Source: Thermodesulfobacteriota bacterium
GTDB taxonomy: Bacteria; Desulfobacterota; Binatia; Bin18
DNA length: 64,000 bases
Direction: 5' to 3'
Assembly (NCBI GenBank): GCA_964291405.2
Contig: OZ219926.1
Coordinates: 2,464,001-2,528,000, forward strand
Each line of letters starts with the position of its first letter. The first letter of the stretch is position 1. The notes below the pieces were generated by a model, which was given only the letters and a program-made list of their open reading frames with translations, was not told the DNA's origin and made no database searches. A program made the translations under genes and the position numbers. This document shows, one piece after another, positions 51,445-61,940 of the stretch.

Positions 51445-52310
51445 TTATCAAAGCCTGTCTGAATGGTATGCGTGGTCGCGAGCAAAACCGGAACGTCCCG
51501 TGGACGCCCCAAGAAGTCGCGGCCGAGGCCAAGCGTTGTGCGGAGGCGGGCGCATCTATCGTTCATATCCATGCCCGCGCAAATGATGGTGGCATCAGCT
51601 ATGATCCCGAGTGGTATGCGGAAGCCGACCGCCTCATTCGGGAACAGACCGCTCTTATTATCAATCACACCACCGCGCGCCTGCCAGACGCGTCGATTGA
51701 TCAGGTGTTACGCTATCTCCGTGAAACGCCTGACCCGGTTGATATGATTTCCCTCAACACTGGGAGTATCGCTATCAATACGCCGCTGGTGAATGGCACC
51801 CGACAAACGATGGCGCTTCCGAACTCCTATGAGGATATTCGCCAGACCATTCTTGTGTGTCGCGAACGCGGCATAGTACCTGAGCCGACCGTCCTCGATA
51901 CGGGTTTTTTGTCCAATGTCGCCATGCTTGTCGAAGACGGCCTGCTGCCCGCTCCGCGCTATCTCCTGGTTGAGTTCTCAGGACGATTTGGTGCCGGCTT
52001 TCAGATCATGCCGGGCACGCCGCGAAGCTATGCCTATATAACGGACTGCGTCAAAGAGGTCTTTCCGAATGCCACCTGGATTGCCCACGGTATAGAGGAC
52101 AGCGTCTTCACCATTGCCAGTCTGGCGATTACCACCGGTGCACACGTCCGGGTGGGTTTCGAGGATCGGGCCACCCGTATTGATGGCTCTATAGCGAGCA
52201 GCAACGCCGACTACGTTTCGTGGGTGACCGAAGTCGCCCGGGCACACGGACGCGAACCAGCCACGCCTCAGGAAGCGCGGCAGATTCTTGGCGTGCCGCA
52301 CCATCCATAA
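51432..52310 (+). CDS. Beta-keto acid cleavage enzyme (BKACE/Kce family)
   Basis: AGASIVHIHAR, HVRVGFED, GREPATPQEARQIL. Confidence 0.9.
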   Translation: MDKIVIKACLNGMRGREQNRNVPWTPQEVAAEAKRCAEAGASIVHIHARANDGGISYDPEWYAEADRLIREQTALIINHTTARLPDASIDQVLRYLRETPDPVDMISLNTGSIAINTPLVNGTRQTMALPNSYEDIRQTILVCRERGIVPEPTVLDTGFLSNVAMLVEDGLLPAPRYLLVEFSGRFGAGFQIMPGTPRSYAYITDCVKEVFPNATWIAHGIEDSVFTIASLAITTGAHVRVGFEDRATRIDGSIASSNADYVSWVTEVARAHGREPATPQEARQILGVPHHP

Positions 52311-52334
52311 GAAATCGCCCAGAAGGTAAAGCAT

Positions 52335-53132
52335 ATGACGACCCCGTATTATAAACAGCACTGGATTGAAATCGATGCGGCACGCCTGTCGGTCTATGAG
52401 TCTCTATTGCGCTACGAGCCGCGCATGGAGCCGCTACTTGTTCCGCTTGATCTCCAGGCCGGCCTGTCTGTGCTGGATGTCGGCTCCGGTCCCGGCTCGA
52501 CCACACTGGAACTGGGCCGACGGGTCGGTCCTACCGGAAGAGTCGTTGGCGTCGATATTAACGCGGAGTTTGTCGCGCGGGCCGGCGCGAAAGCTCTGGA
52601 GGCCGGTCTACCGCAGGTGAGCTTTCAACAGGCCGATTTTCCTCCCCTCCCTTTTGATTCTGGAACGTTTGATCGGGTCTTGTGCAAAAACGTCCTCGAA
52701 TACGTAGACTCTGCCCAGCAGACCGTCCAGGACATTGCGCGCGTCACTCGGCCGGGTGGAGTCATTGTGCTCATAGATAGTGACTGGGAGATGCTCGCCC
52801 TGGATGTGAGTGACGAGGCGTTACACGACCGCGTGCTCGCAGCGATCACAACCACAGCCATGCGCGAGCCGCGTATCGGACGCAAGCTGCGCCGGTTGTG
52901 TACCCTCGCCAAGCTCCAAGACATCAAGGCAAAGATATTCGCCAGCCCCGATGTCAAGGGGCACGCCATGCGTATGCTGGAGAACAACTGGTACCAGTAC
53001 GCCTGCGACTCGGGCAAAGTGACCCAGGCCCAGGCCGATGCCTGGCGGGAAGACGTTCGTTTACGATTGAAGAACGAAGAATATTGTTTCTGCTTGCCGC
53101 AGTTTGTGGTGTCCGCGCGCAAAGCGGTGTGA
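52335..53132 (+). CDS. SAM-dependent methyltransferase (UbiE-like)
   Basis: VLDVGSGPG, LPFDSGTFD, RVTRPGG. Confidence 0.85.
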   Translation: MTTPYYKQHWIEIDAARLSVYESLLRYEPRMEPLLVPLDLQAGLSVLDVGSGPGSTTLELGRRVGPTGRVVGVDINAEFVARAGAKALEAGLPQVSFQQADFPPLPFDSGTFDRVLCKNVLEYVDSAQQTVQDIARVTRPGGVIVLIDSDWEMLALDVSDEALHDRVLAAITTTAMREPRIGRKLRRLCTLAKLQDIKAKIFASPDVKGHAMRMLENNWYQYACDSGKVTQAQADAWREDVRLRLKNEEYCFCLPQFVVSARKAV

Positions 53133-53201
53133 CGGACAGACCAAGGGAGAAAGCGAGGTAGCCGGGATGCTACCTCAGACTTTCTGACTCAGCGGAACGT
53201 G

Positions 53202-54716
53202 TTATCGTTCTTGCCAGGGCATCTGCTCCTCAAAGGCATGACCGGCACGCAAGAGGGTGGCGTCATCAAAATGGCGTCCGGTCAGCATGAGGCCGACCGG
53301 CAGACCGTCAACCTTCCCACAGGGAACGGTGAGTGAAGGATGACCGGTCATATCAAATGGTGCCGTGTTGCCGAGCATATTCCAGCCGAATTGAAGCGAG
53401 TCGAGCGGTCCCATATTGGGAACATAGCGATGGGCCGTCATCGGCGTCGTGGGCATGACCAGGATGTCGAAGCGTTCGAGGACCTGATCGTATGCGGCCT
53501 GGAGGGCACGGCGTTGGTTTTGGGCCTTGGCGTACAAACGGCCATGATAGGCCTGGTTCAGATAACTGCCGACCAGGGTCACAAATTTGGCTTGATGGGG
53601 CAGGTCCTGGGCCTGGGCTTTGAGCGACTTGCCCAAGGTGTTCATCAGGCTTTCATTGTATAACCCCTTCCAATGATAGCCGACACCGTTGCCATACACC
53701 AAAGCCGTCATCCCTTCAGCAATTAAGGCCCAAGTAATTCCACCGGCTTCAAGATGGGCCGGAATAGAGACTTCTTCCGCCTGCGCCCCAAGGTCCTGCA
53801 AGGCGTTGACGGCCGCGTGGACCTTTGTGTCAACATCCGGCTGTGACACGGGGGTACCAAACCCTTCTTTGACGACACCCAAGCGAAGACCCTGGATGTT
53901 CTGACCCAAGACTTGCGTGTAGGGCTGTACCGGAACCTCGTATTGGCGGGGGTCGAGCGGGTCTTTTCCAGCAATGACCTCAAGCAGCAGGGCCGTGTCT
54001 GCCACAGTCTCCGCCATCGGACCGGTATGGTCGAAGGTGTTATCGATCCCGACGATCCCCGTGTACGGAACGAGGCTATGGGTCGGCTTAAGTCCCACGA
54101 CGCCGCACCAGGAGGCCGGAATACGAATGGAGCCCCCCTGGTCTCCGCCGATAGTCAGGTCAATGTCAGTATACGACAGGGCGGCACCCGAGCCGCCGGA
54201 CGAACCGCCAGCCATATGGTCGGGATTATGCTGATTGCGGGTCGGGCCATAGGCGCTGGTATGGCCACCACCCGAGAAGGCAAAATTGTCCATATTCAGG
54301 ATGGCGGTAATCTCGCCGCCAGCATCAAGGATGCGGGTGATAATAGTGGCATCAATGTCCGGCACATAGCCGCTCAGCACCAGGGAGGCACACGTCATGG
54401 GAATACCGGCAATACTCACGTTGTCCTTAATGCCGAGGCGCTTCCCGGCCAGCTTGCCCGAAGATGCACCCTTGATGGAACAGCGCCGGACTATGGCGTT
54501 GAGCGGGTCGTCCGCACGGCTCGGACGGCTACCGGGCTCGCGCTCACGATAGCTAATCTCCGGCAGGTTTGCCGGCGCTTGGTCGAGCGCGTCCAGGGCG
54601 GCAAACATATCCGGCAGCATGGCCTCATATGCCTCGGCCTCTTCCGCACTCAACTCGAAATGGTTGGCGTGAGCCAAACGGCGGAAATCGTCTCTGGTCG
54701 GTTTGCGCAGTGGCAT
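53202..54716 (-). CDS. Amidase (amidase-signature family)
   Basis: IKDN, GGSSGGSG, GGDQGGSIRIPASWCG; GGAGG SD before ATG 54716. Confidence 0.93.
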   Translation of the reverse strand: MPLRKPTRDDFRRLAHANHFELSAEEAEAYEAMLPDMFAALDALDQAPANLPEISYREREPGSRPSRADDPLNAIVRRCSIKGASSGKLAGKRLGIKDNVSIAGIPMTCASLVLSGYVPDIDATIITRILDAGGEITAILNMDNFAFSGGGHTSAYGPTRNQHNPDHMAGGSSGGSGAALSYTDIDLTIGGDQGGSIRIPASWCGVVGLKPTHSLVPYTGIVGIDNTFDHTGPMAETVADTALLLEVIAGKDPLDPRQYEVPVQPYTQVLGQNIQGLRLGVVKEGFGTPVSQPDVDTKVHAAVNALQDLGAQAEEVSIPAHLEAGGITWALIAEGMTALVYGNGVGYHWKGLYNESLMNTLGKSLKAQAQDLPHQAKFVTLVGSYLNQAYHGRLYAKAQNQRRALQAAYDQVLERFDILVMPTTPMTAHRYVPNMGPLDSLQFGWNMLGNTAPFDMTGHPSLTVPCGKVDGLPVGLMLTGRHFDDATLLRAGHAFEEQMPWQER

Positions 54717-54995
54717 ACTGTCCTCCCTTTCGCGATGTATTCTCTCCTCTGGACATGGCATACCTTTGCGGACTTTGTCCAGTGGAAACGCATGAATCTT
54801 AGCTGCTGAGTTCTCCTCGCTCGGCTTTAGAGAAGAAGCCATCTTAGAAACTTATACCATATAGATGGTCAAGTAGAATGTCAAAAAAACAAAATATCTG
54901 TGAAAAAATAGTTTGATATGTAAAAAAATTAAGTTTATATAATTACTTATAGATCTACTTGGCTGTCAAGTAATACGTCAAATAGCAAGTCAAAT

Positions 54996-56186
54996 ATGGA
55001 CTGGGAAAAATTTACTTTTGAGTATCGGCTCGACACCAACAATCTTTTTGGCAACCTTGTCTCAATTGAGGCTTTTAAGGAAGCCTCTCTGAACTTGGTG
55101 TTTCCGTCCGAATGGCAGCACCAACTCGACGGCTTGAATCGAATCCGTGCTGTTCGTGGGACTACGGCTATAGAAGGTAATCCGCTCTCCGAGGCAGAAG
55201 TTGCCCAACAAATGGAATACCTTGAGCAAGGGTCTAGTGATGATAGAAGGACCGCCACTAAAGAACAATTGCAGATCAGAAACGCTGGCGAGGCTCAGTC
55301 TTGGGTGAGAGAGCGGTTCCTTCCCGACAAACCACCAATTTGTTTGGAAGATATTTGTAAGCTTCACGAGATGGTTACGCGCGATTCGGATACCAGAAAC
55401 AACATACCAGGGAGATTTCGCACATTTCCGGTGACAGTCGGAACCGCGGATCTTGGCGGAGTCCATAGGGGTGCCCCCCATACGGACCTCCTCCGTCTAA
55501 TGGAAGAGTATGTTCGTTTTATCAATACGCGAAGGCTTGAAGAGACTCATCCAGTCATTCGAGCTCTGCTTGCTCATTTTTTCTTGGTTACGATTCATCC
55601 GTTTGGGGACGGAAACGGAAGGGTCTCCCGACTCGTCGAAGCCGGTTTGCTTTTTCAACTCGGATATAACGTCCACGGATTCTATGGATTGTCAAATTAC
55701 TTCTATCGGAACGTACAGGAATACATGGCCGTCCTCCAGAAAAGTCGGGAAAGCCAACCTTTTGACGTGACACCATTTATTCGCTTTGGCGTGGATGGCT
55801 TTGCGAGTGAGTTGAAAGGAATAAACAATTTCATCAAGGCTCGGATCAATCGGCTCGTATATCGAACAATGCTGACGCGTGCTTTCAATAAGAAGATGGG
55901 TGCACGACGACGACTCCTCAACCAAAGAGAATATGCTTTCCTCGACTTTCTGTTGAGTGAAACGGAGCCTTCAGATCCGTTCTCTGACACCCCTTCCCGA
56001 AGGATCACATTATCAGAGCTATTGGAGGCGAGTTATGTTCGTGCCGCGTATCAAAATGTCACCAAGCGAACTTTCCAGAGAGAACTGATAAGGCTAGGGG
56101 AACTTGAGTTTATTAGATTCACGAGGGATATGTCCGTACAGGATTGGATCGTAGAGTTGAATTTTGAAGCAATTTCAAAATACTAA
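54996..56186 (+). CDS. Fic-domain protein
   Basis: TAIEGN; Fic motif HPFGDGNGRVSR; AT-rich upstream region. Confidence 0.9.
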   Translation: MDWEKFTFEYRLDTNNLFGNLVSIEAFKEASLNLVFPSEWQHQLDGLNRIRAVRGTTAIEGNPLSEAEVAQQMEYLEQGSSDDRRTATKEQLQIRNAGEAQSWVRERFLPDKPPICLEDICKLHEMVTRDSDTRNNIPGRFRTFPVTVGTADLGGVHRGAPHTDLLRLMEEYVRFINTRRLEETHPVIRALLAHFFLVTIHPFGDGNGRVSRLVEAGLLFQLGYNVHGFYGLSNYFYRNVQEYMAVLQKSRESQPFDVTPFIRFGVDGFASELKGINNFIKARINRLVYRTMLTRAFNKKMGARRRLLNQREYAFLDFLLSETEPSDPFSDTPSRRITLSELLEASYVRAAYQNVTKRTFQRELIRLGELEFIRFTRDMSVQDWIVELNFEAISKY

Positions 56187-56229
56187 ATAACTAGATTCAA
56201 CTCTCGCTGTATTCAAAAGGAGTCTTGCC

Positions 56230-57384
56230 ATGCCACTGTCCCACATCCGCGTGATTGACCTGACCCGAGCCCGTGCCGGACCGACCTGTGTGCGCCAGTT
56301 GGCCGATATGGGCGCTCAGGTGATAAAAATCGAGCAGCCCCAAGACGATGGCGAATGGGGCCGGCACGGCTTTGATTTTCAAAATCTGCACCGTAATAAG
56401 CGCTGCATGGTGCTCAATCTGAAGGACGAGCGTGGCAAGCGGATTCTGAAACAGCTCGTCAAAAAATCAGACGTGTTGGTGGAGAATTATCGGCCGAATG
56501 TCAAAAAACGTCTTGGTATAGACTACGAATCGCTCAGGCCGCTGAATCCGCGTCTCGTCTACGCCAGCATATCCGGTTTTGGACAGACCGGGCCATATAA
56601 AGATCGCCCTGGCTATGACCAGGTTGCCCAGGGAATGGGAGGGCTGATGAGCGTTACCGGGCAGCCCGGAGGCGGTCCGGTCCGTGCTGGGATTCCGGTG
56701 GCCGACCTGAGCGCCGGGCTGCTGGCCGCCCAGGGTATTTTGGTTGCCCTCCTCGAACGCGAACGGTCCGGCGAAGGCCAGTGGATCCACACCTCACTGC
56801 TGGAAGCCATGGTTGCCATGCTGGACTTTCAGGCCACGCGCTGGCTCATGGGTAAAGAAGTGCCGCCCCAGGCTGGCAATAATCATCCAACCGTGATTCC
56901 TACCGGAACCTTCAAGGTCAAGGACGGCCATATCAATATTGCTACCACCAACCACATGTGGAAGCGGCTGTGTGCAGTACTGGGTGATACCGCCCTGGCC
57001 GAAGACGAACGGTTTTCCTCTCCGGGCAGGCGCTCGAAAAACCGGGATGCGCTGACCCCCATTCTTGAAGAGAAACTCAAAGACCGCACTGTGGACGAAT
57101 GGATTGATACGCTGAATGCGGCTGGCATTCCGTGCGGCCCTATCCTGTCTATTGATAAGGTTTTTGACAATGAACAGGTCCGGCACCTTGGGCTCGCGCA
57201 TGCGGTTGAACACCCAGAGCTTGGGCCTATCCAGATTCTTGGCCTGCCGGTGACGCTGAGTCGGACCCCAGCCAGCATTCGCACGCCGACTGCGGAGAGA
57301 GGCCAGCATACGGACGAAATTTTGAGAGAGCTGGGGGTAGATGAGGCAGAGATCGGGCAGCTTCGCAAAGACGCGGTGATCTAA
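56230..57384 (+). CDS. Family III (CaiB/BaiF) CoA-transferase
   Basis: LADMGAQVIKIE, RNKR, DVLVENYRP, SISGFGQTGP, GQHTDEIL. Confidence 0.93.
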   Translation: MPLSHIRVIDLTRARAGPTCVRQLADMGAQVIKIEQPQDDGEWGRHGFDFQNLHRNKRCMVLNLKDERGKRILKQLVKKSDVLVENYRPNVKKRLGIDYESLRPLNPRLVYASISGFGQTGPYKDRPGYDQVAQGMGGLMSVTGQPGGGPVRAGIPVADLSAGLLAAQGILVALLERERSGEGQWIHTSLLEAMVAMLDFQATRWLMGKEVPPQAGNNHPTVIPTGTFKVKDGHINIATTNHMWKRLCAVLGDTALAEDERFSSPGRRSKNRDALTPILEEKLKDRTVDEWIDTLNAAGIPCGPILSIDKVFDNEQVRHLGLAHAVEHPELGPIQILGLPVTLSRTPASIRTPTAERGQHTDEILRELGVDEAEIGQLRKDAVI

Positions 57385-57393
57385 TCCGTTGTC

Positions 57394-57633
57394 CTACTTA
57401 AAGGCGTGAAAGGTCAGGATGGTGAACGTCTCCCGCACGTGAGGGATCTTCTGGATCTGCTCGGTCACCAAATGTGACAGGTCTTCAAAGTCATCGACAT
57501 ATAACTTGACCAACAGGTCATAGGCTCCCGAGATGGAATACGCCTCAGAGAAGCTTTCCAAATCGGTCACCCGGTCTGCGACCTCGGCCAAGGTACCCGG
57601 TTCAACTTTCATCATTAAGAAGACAGCGCGCAT
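57394..57633 (-). CDS. Stand-alone Lrp/AsnC ligand-binding (RAM) domain
   Basis: AYSISGAYDLLVK..IPHVRETFT. Confidence 0.85.
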   Translation of the reverse strand: MRAVFLMMKVEPGTLAEVADRVTDLESFSEAYSISGAYDLLVKLYVDDFEDLSHLVTEQIQKIPHVRETFTILTFHAFK

Positions 57634-57727
57634 AGCCTTTCTCCCGATAGTGGCCGTCGGTCATGAAAATTGTACCAGGCGAGGCCGCTGAACTACGCCC
57701 CGCCTGGATTCCTTCACACTCTTTGGC

Positions 57728-58159
57728 TTACTGCATGTCGCCCATCAGGTCGAAATGCACTGTGCGGTGTGCGAAAAGCCAGCGATCGCCTTGTTTGACA
57801 AGCCGGTCCTCATAACGACCGGCAATACCGTTGACTAACGCACTCTCGCCTTTGGAGCGGACCACGACGATATAGCTCTTTGCGGTCGCCTGTTCTCCAT
57901 CGACTTTGATGATTTCGTTCATCACACAATGCTTGAGCATGGGCGCACCGTCTTTCATCGCCATCCGACCGGGAACTGTATCAACAAAAGCCCGCAGTGC
58001 CTCTTTGCCCGTATGCACACCGGCGACCTCTCCACCGTCAAAGACGCCATCCTCAGTGAACAAATCGACCCACTGGTTAAACTCGCCACCATCAAAATGA
58101 TAGCAATAGTTTGCGATCGTCTCGTGAATCGCGTCCTTTTCTTCGAGTATAGATGCCAT
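57728..58159 (-). CDS. SnoaL-like/NTF2 family protein
   Basis: IHETIANYCYHFD..LFTEDG..GRYEDRLV..WLF. Confidence 0.85.
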   Translation of the reverse strand: MASILEEKDAIHETIANYCYHFDGGEFNQWVDLFTEDGVFDGGEVAGVHTGKEALRAFVDTVPGRMAMKDGAPMLKHCVMNEIIKVDGEQATAKSYIVVVRSKGESALVNGIAGRYEDRLVKQGDRWLFAHRTVHFDLMGDMQ

Positions 58160-58221
58160 AGCGCACCTCCTTCTGTTGTTTTATTCGTGTGTCTCGTCGG
58201 CTCTGGTCAGCTTCCGTCCCC

Positions 58222-58276
58222 AAAGAGTAGATGTGTCCATCCCGTCTCCAGTGAGCAAGCGGGACATGTTTACTCT
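58222..58276. repeat. Palindromic element copy 8 (diverged loop); supplies stop of ORF 58270
   Basis: AAAGAGTAGATGTGTCC..GGACATGTTTACTCT. Confidence 0.7.
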
Positions 58277-58644
58277 CCGCAACGGTAGCGAATCCAGTAG
58301 TAATTCCTGACTATTTTGGCGTTCTGCTGAACGCCATCTTGCGCTTGGGTCTCATTTTCCTCGGAATTTTCTCCCTCATTGACCACCTGATAATTGGGAC
58401 AGTCGCTCTCGATGCTGGCCAATAATGTTGCTCTCACTTCTTCCTTGGGACGCCTCCCTAGCGGCTTCATGCCGTCCCAATTCAGTTCAAAGCGGGCAAA
58501 TTCCATACGCTTGGCCCGAATTGGCGCGTCGGTCGTGGATTTGGCACTCAAGAACGGCACTGAGAGCGTGGGGGTCTTTGTCGAGCCGCAGGCCAAGCTG
58601 AAAAGGATGCTTGCAGCAAGGACGGACCATATCAGTTTCTGCAT
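58270..58644 (-). CDS. Putative lipoprotein
   Basis: MQKLIWSVLAASILFSLAC lipobox. Confidence 0.65.
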   Translation of the reverse strand: MQKLIWSVLAASILFSLACGSTKTPTLSVPFLSAKSTTDAPIRAKRMEFARFELNWDGMKPLGRRPKEEVRATLLASIESDCPNYQVVNEGENSEENETQAQDGVQQNAKIVRNYYWIRYRCGE

Positions 58645-58810
58645 ACTACTTCTCTCTCGTTGTCCCGTATCGGCCTGCCTCACAAATCATCAACACTAGG
58701 ACAAAGAGCGTAGCATGCGCCGCTACCATTCTGCCAGCGTCTTCCGGGGCGCTATGTCCGGGTACCTTCTCCTCCCCTCTTTTTTATTATAGTGAGAGGG
58801 ACGACAGCCT

Positions 58811-59230
58811 ATGGAAGCAGCGCTCGAAGATCTCCTGAATCGACTGTTGGAAGCGGAACGCGCGGGTCATGCGCTTCTTGATACGTTGATACAGACCACT
58901 GCCGATTCAGGCCTCAAATCTTTATTTACCAGCTTCACCGAAGTTGAGGTCAGCGATGTATCGGTCCTGGAGGGACTCATCCGGCTTCACGGTGGAACGC
59001 CGTCCACGGCAACCGGGGATTTTGCGCAAAAAGTCCTCCAGATTGAGGACCTCCAGGGTCAGATTGACCTCCTGTCACGAGGCCAGGCGTGGGTCGCTCG
59101 CACGGTCGAACAAGCGCTCGATTTACAACCTCCTCCAGATATCGCAGCCTTTCTCAAGGAGATGGCAAATCGTCATCGACACAATGTGGAGTGGGCACGC
59201 GCGGAAGCCATACGGACCCTTGAGCCCTAA
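58811..59230 (+). CDS. Ferritin-like helical protein (DUF6306-like)
   Basis: LNRLLEAERAG..PSTATGDF..RGQAWV..HRHN. Confidence 0.65.
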   Translation: MEAALEDLLNRLLEAERAGHALLDTLIQTTADSGLKSLFTSFTEVEVSDVSVLEGLIRLHGGTPSTATGDFAQKVLQIEDLQGQIDLLSRGQAWVARTVEQALDLQPPPDIAAFLKEMANRHRHNVEWARAEAIRTLEP

Positions 59231-60335
59231 AACGACCCAGCGCCTGCCCCTCTTGCTAGGCAGCTTGGTTCTTGTCCAATTCCTGAGCATGGAGGCGACC
59301 ATTTCCCTGGATGCGGCCGTCTACCAATGGCTACAGTCGGCTCGGTCGTGTCATCTCGTCCACATCGGCATGCAGTGGAAAGACTCTCCCCTCTGGTATC
59401 TGATCTTGTTCGGCGGCCTGGGCGTCTGCGTACTCGGTCTGCAACGGCGTTGGACGGATATCGCTCACGCCTTGCTCATTGTCTTGAGCGGGGCTTTTCT
59501 CTCGGAATTGCTGAAAACCGGGCTGGACCGTGCCCGACCCAGCGCGCTGCCAGCGTGGCTCGTGGGTAATAGTTTTCCCAGCGGGCATGTAATCGGCGCG
59601 GTCCTCATCACTGGCACCCTGATTTTTTTCCTGTCTCGCAAAGATGTTCCTGTGTGGCTCAGGGTGTGGGGCAGTGGGATTGCGATCTGTCTCTCTGGTG
59701 TGATCATCTGGCAGCGGCTCTATCTTGGACATCACTGGGCGACTGATATCATTGGCAGCCTCCTCATTGCCGGTGCGCTGTTGAGTGTGGCCCTGCGCCC
59801 GCCTGCCTTCTTGCAGTCCGCCCGCCATGTCGTCTGCCTGGGCCTCATCTCCCTGCTCTGCTATCAAATGTTCTATTTTTTCCCGCAGACACGGGTGCTT
59901 CTGCCGTCTGTTCGGTCTCTTCAGACTGCCCCACTTGCCGCGTTCTCCTTTGGGGAAAACGCGCCACAGGGAGACCTCAGTGGGGACTGGGGCCGGCATA
60001 CCCAAGAGCCGATTGGTCCAATCTCCTGGGCTCGGCAGGGCGACGCCCGTATTACTCTGACCGTTCCGCAAGGAGAGGGAGCGGCCCTCCACGTTGTTGC
60101 CCGGCCATTTGTGAAATCAAAGGCATATACCTGCTTCCCGCTCGATATCATCGTGAACGGGCAGCTCGCCCAGCGCCTGCTCCTGTATAGAGGCTGGCGT
60201 GAATACCCCGTCCCTCTTCCGAACGGCTGGATTCATCCCGGGGACAATACCATTCTGTTCCGGACCGGAAAGGACTTCCCCATGGATGAAACGGACCGGC
60301 GGACCATAGCTTTCCACTCGGTGCAGCTTTTATAG
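59220..60335 (+). CDS. PAP2-family membrane phosphatase with soluble C-terminal domain
   Basis: KTGLDRARP, SFPSGH, RLYLGHHWATD; TTG start overlapping upstream gene. Confidence 0.85.
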   Translation: MSPKTTQRLPLLLGSLVLVQFLSMEATISLDAAVYQWLQSARSCHLVHIGMQWKDSPLWYLILFGGLGVCVLGLQRRWTDIAHALLIVLSGAFLSELLKTGLDRARPSALPAWLVGNSFPSGHVIGAVLITGTLIFFLSRKDVPVWLRVWGSGIAICLSGVIIWQRLYLGHHWATDIIGSLLIAGALLSVALRPPAFLQSARHVVCLGLISLLCYQMFYFFPQTRVLLPSVRSLQTAPLAAFSFGENAPQGDLSGDWGRHTQEPIGPISWARQGDARITLTVPQGEGAALHVVARPFVKSKAYTCFPLDIIVNGQLAQRLLLYRGWREYPVPLPNGWIHPGDNTILFRTGKDFPMDETDRRTIAFHSVQLL

Positions 60336-60364
60336 GAACGACAAGGAAATAGACGCCCTCAGTC

Positions 60365-60601
60365 TCAGTCGATCTCTCCAAACGGCGCCACGGCTTCTTC
60401 GAATTGCCTGAATTCATCCGCATCCCAGGCTCCGGCCAAGTGGCGAAGTCCGTTGCTGCGGCTTCCGCTCGGCGAGATGCCGAGAGCCTCCTGCATCAAG
60501 GACAGCACGGTCCGGTTCAGGGAGAGCCCCCGGCGGCGCCTTTCCGCATCGAGGGCTGAGGCCAACTCCGCCGGTATGTTACGGATGGTCATGGTCTTCA
60601 C
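60365..60601 (-). CDS. Orphan RHH antitoxin (FitA/VapB-like); no toxin downstream
   Basis: MKTMTIRNIP..GLSLN..LAGAW; GGAGG SD before GTG. Confidence 0.75.
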   Translation of the reverse strand: MKTMTIRNIPAELASALDAERRRRGLSLNRTVLSLMQEALGISPSGSRSNGLRHLAGAWDADEFRQFEEAVAPFGEID

Positions 60602-60704
60602 CGGAGCCTCCTGCGAGCAGTCCAAAATGACAGTGCAGTTTAGTGCAGTCAACAAGATGTCCGAATGGGCAGTGATTCAGTTTCGAGAGGCCGGTCCTGA
60701 GCGT

Positions 60705-60787
60705 CCTTCGACTTCGCCCCTCCGGGGCTACGCTCAGGATGAGCGGCCGACCCGTTCACCCTGAGCGTAGCGGAGCGAAGTCGAAGG
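60705..60787. repeat. REP-like compound palindrome
   Basis: CCTTCGACTTCGC..CTACGCTCAGG..CCTGAGCGTAG..GCGAAGTCGAAGG. Confidence 0.75.
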
Positions 60788-60925
60788 GTCCGGGATGAGG
60801 GAAAAATGCAAACTGAACCATTACCCTCGAACGAGAAAAATTCTTTTTGGTTTATCCGCTCGGAGACTCGTCCCTTGTGCGCTGCCAGACGAATACATAC
60901 AAGAGTATCGTGTGAAGGAATGCGC

Positions 60926-61308
60926 ATGTCTGCCGCTCCCACTGTCAAACCAAAAAACCTGACCGACTACTACGCCGCTCTCGAAGCCTACGAGAAGCAG
61001 GGTATAACGCACGAGGGGGCGCTGCGGTCCGCATTTCAGAATCTGCTGGCCGAAACCGGTCGGCGGACTGGCTGGACGCTTATTCCAGAATTGGCGAGCG
61101 GTTCCATCCGACCGGATGGAACGTTTCGGGATGAGTACTTTCTGAATCGGGGTTACTGGGAGGCCAAGGACACCGACGACAACCTTGAGGCCGAAATCCG
61201 GAAGAAAATCGACAAAGGCTACCCGCTCACCAACATCATCTTTGAAGACACCCAACGCGCTTACCTGTACCAGAACGGGCAGGTTGCCATGCAGGCCGAC
61301 CTGACCCA
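60926..61308 (+). pseudogene. N-terminal fragment of a large restriction-modification (type IIG/ISP-like) enzyme
   Basis: HEGALRSAFQNLL, IRPDG..GYWEAKD, KGYPLTNIIFED; similarity ends at about 61308. Confidence 0.7.
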
Positions 61309-61497
61309 GCGCGTCTCCGCCGCCTGCAAGACTTGCTCACTGCCCAACGCCAACGGAACCTCGCCGAGGGCGAGCAACAGGAAGCGGCAAAGCTTGTTGA
61401 ACAGGAAGACCTGCTGACTCTTCGCAAATCGAAAGCGCTGTTACTCCTCAAGCAGCGAGGCGCTCTTACCCAGGACTTCCACGCCTCCGGCGTATAA
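61309..61497 (+). pseudogene. C-terminal remnant of a helical antitoxin-like partner of HNH nucleases
   Basis: RLRRLQDLL..QRQRNLAEGEQQE..LTLRKSKALLLLKQRG* with no start codon. Confidence 0.55.
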
Positions 61498-61503
61498 GGT
61501 GGA

Positions 61504-61940
61504 ATGGCGTATATCCCTCTGCGTTACGCGAAGAGGTTGTTGAGCGGGCACAACATCGTTGTGAATACTGCAAGAGTCCAGAGTTGGTCACTGGTGGCCC
61601 TTTGCATATAGAACACATTTTCCCGGAAGCCCTTGGCGGTTTGACAATACCTGACAATCTGGCTTTATCCTGTGCTCGCTGCAATCTTCAGAAGGGCATG
61701 CGGACACATCATCGAGACCCGATCAGTGAACGTCTGGTACTCCTCTTCAATCCTCGTACTCAAAAATGGCTACGCCACTTCACTTGGAGGGGTAACGGGA
61801 CACACATTCAAGGGCGAACCCAAGTGGGACGAGCGACAGTGGATGCCCTTAATATGAATCATCCGACTATTGTCCGAGCACGTGGGATGTGGATGAGTCT
61901 GGGAATTCATCCTCCTTCTGAAGGGTCGGCTGAAAGATGA
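61504..61940 (+). pseudogene. HNH endonuclease; ATG 61504 out of frame by 1 nt (deletion near 61515)
   Basis: ALREEVVERAQHRCEYC..IEHIFP..NLALSCARCN..LFNPR..GRATVDALNMN. Confidence 0.75.

Noticed and set aside
60362-60367. TGA ending the RHH antitoxin as a third Sec codon
   Set aside because: Not at a Cys-like position, a second TGA follows two codons later, and no SECIS-like stem is present.
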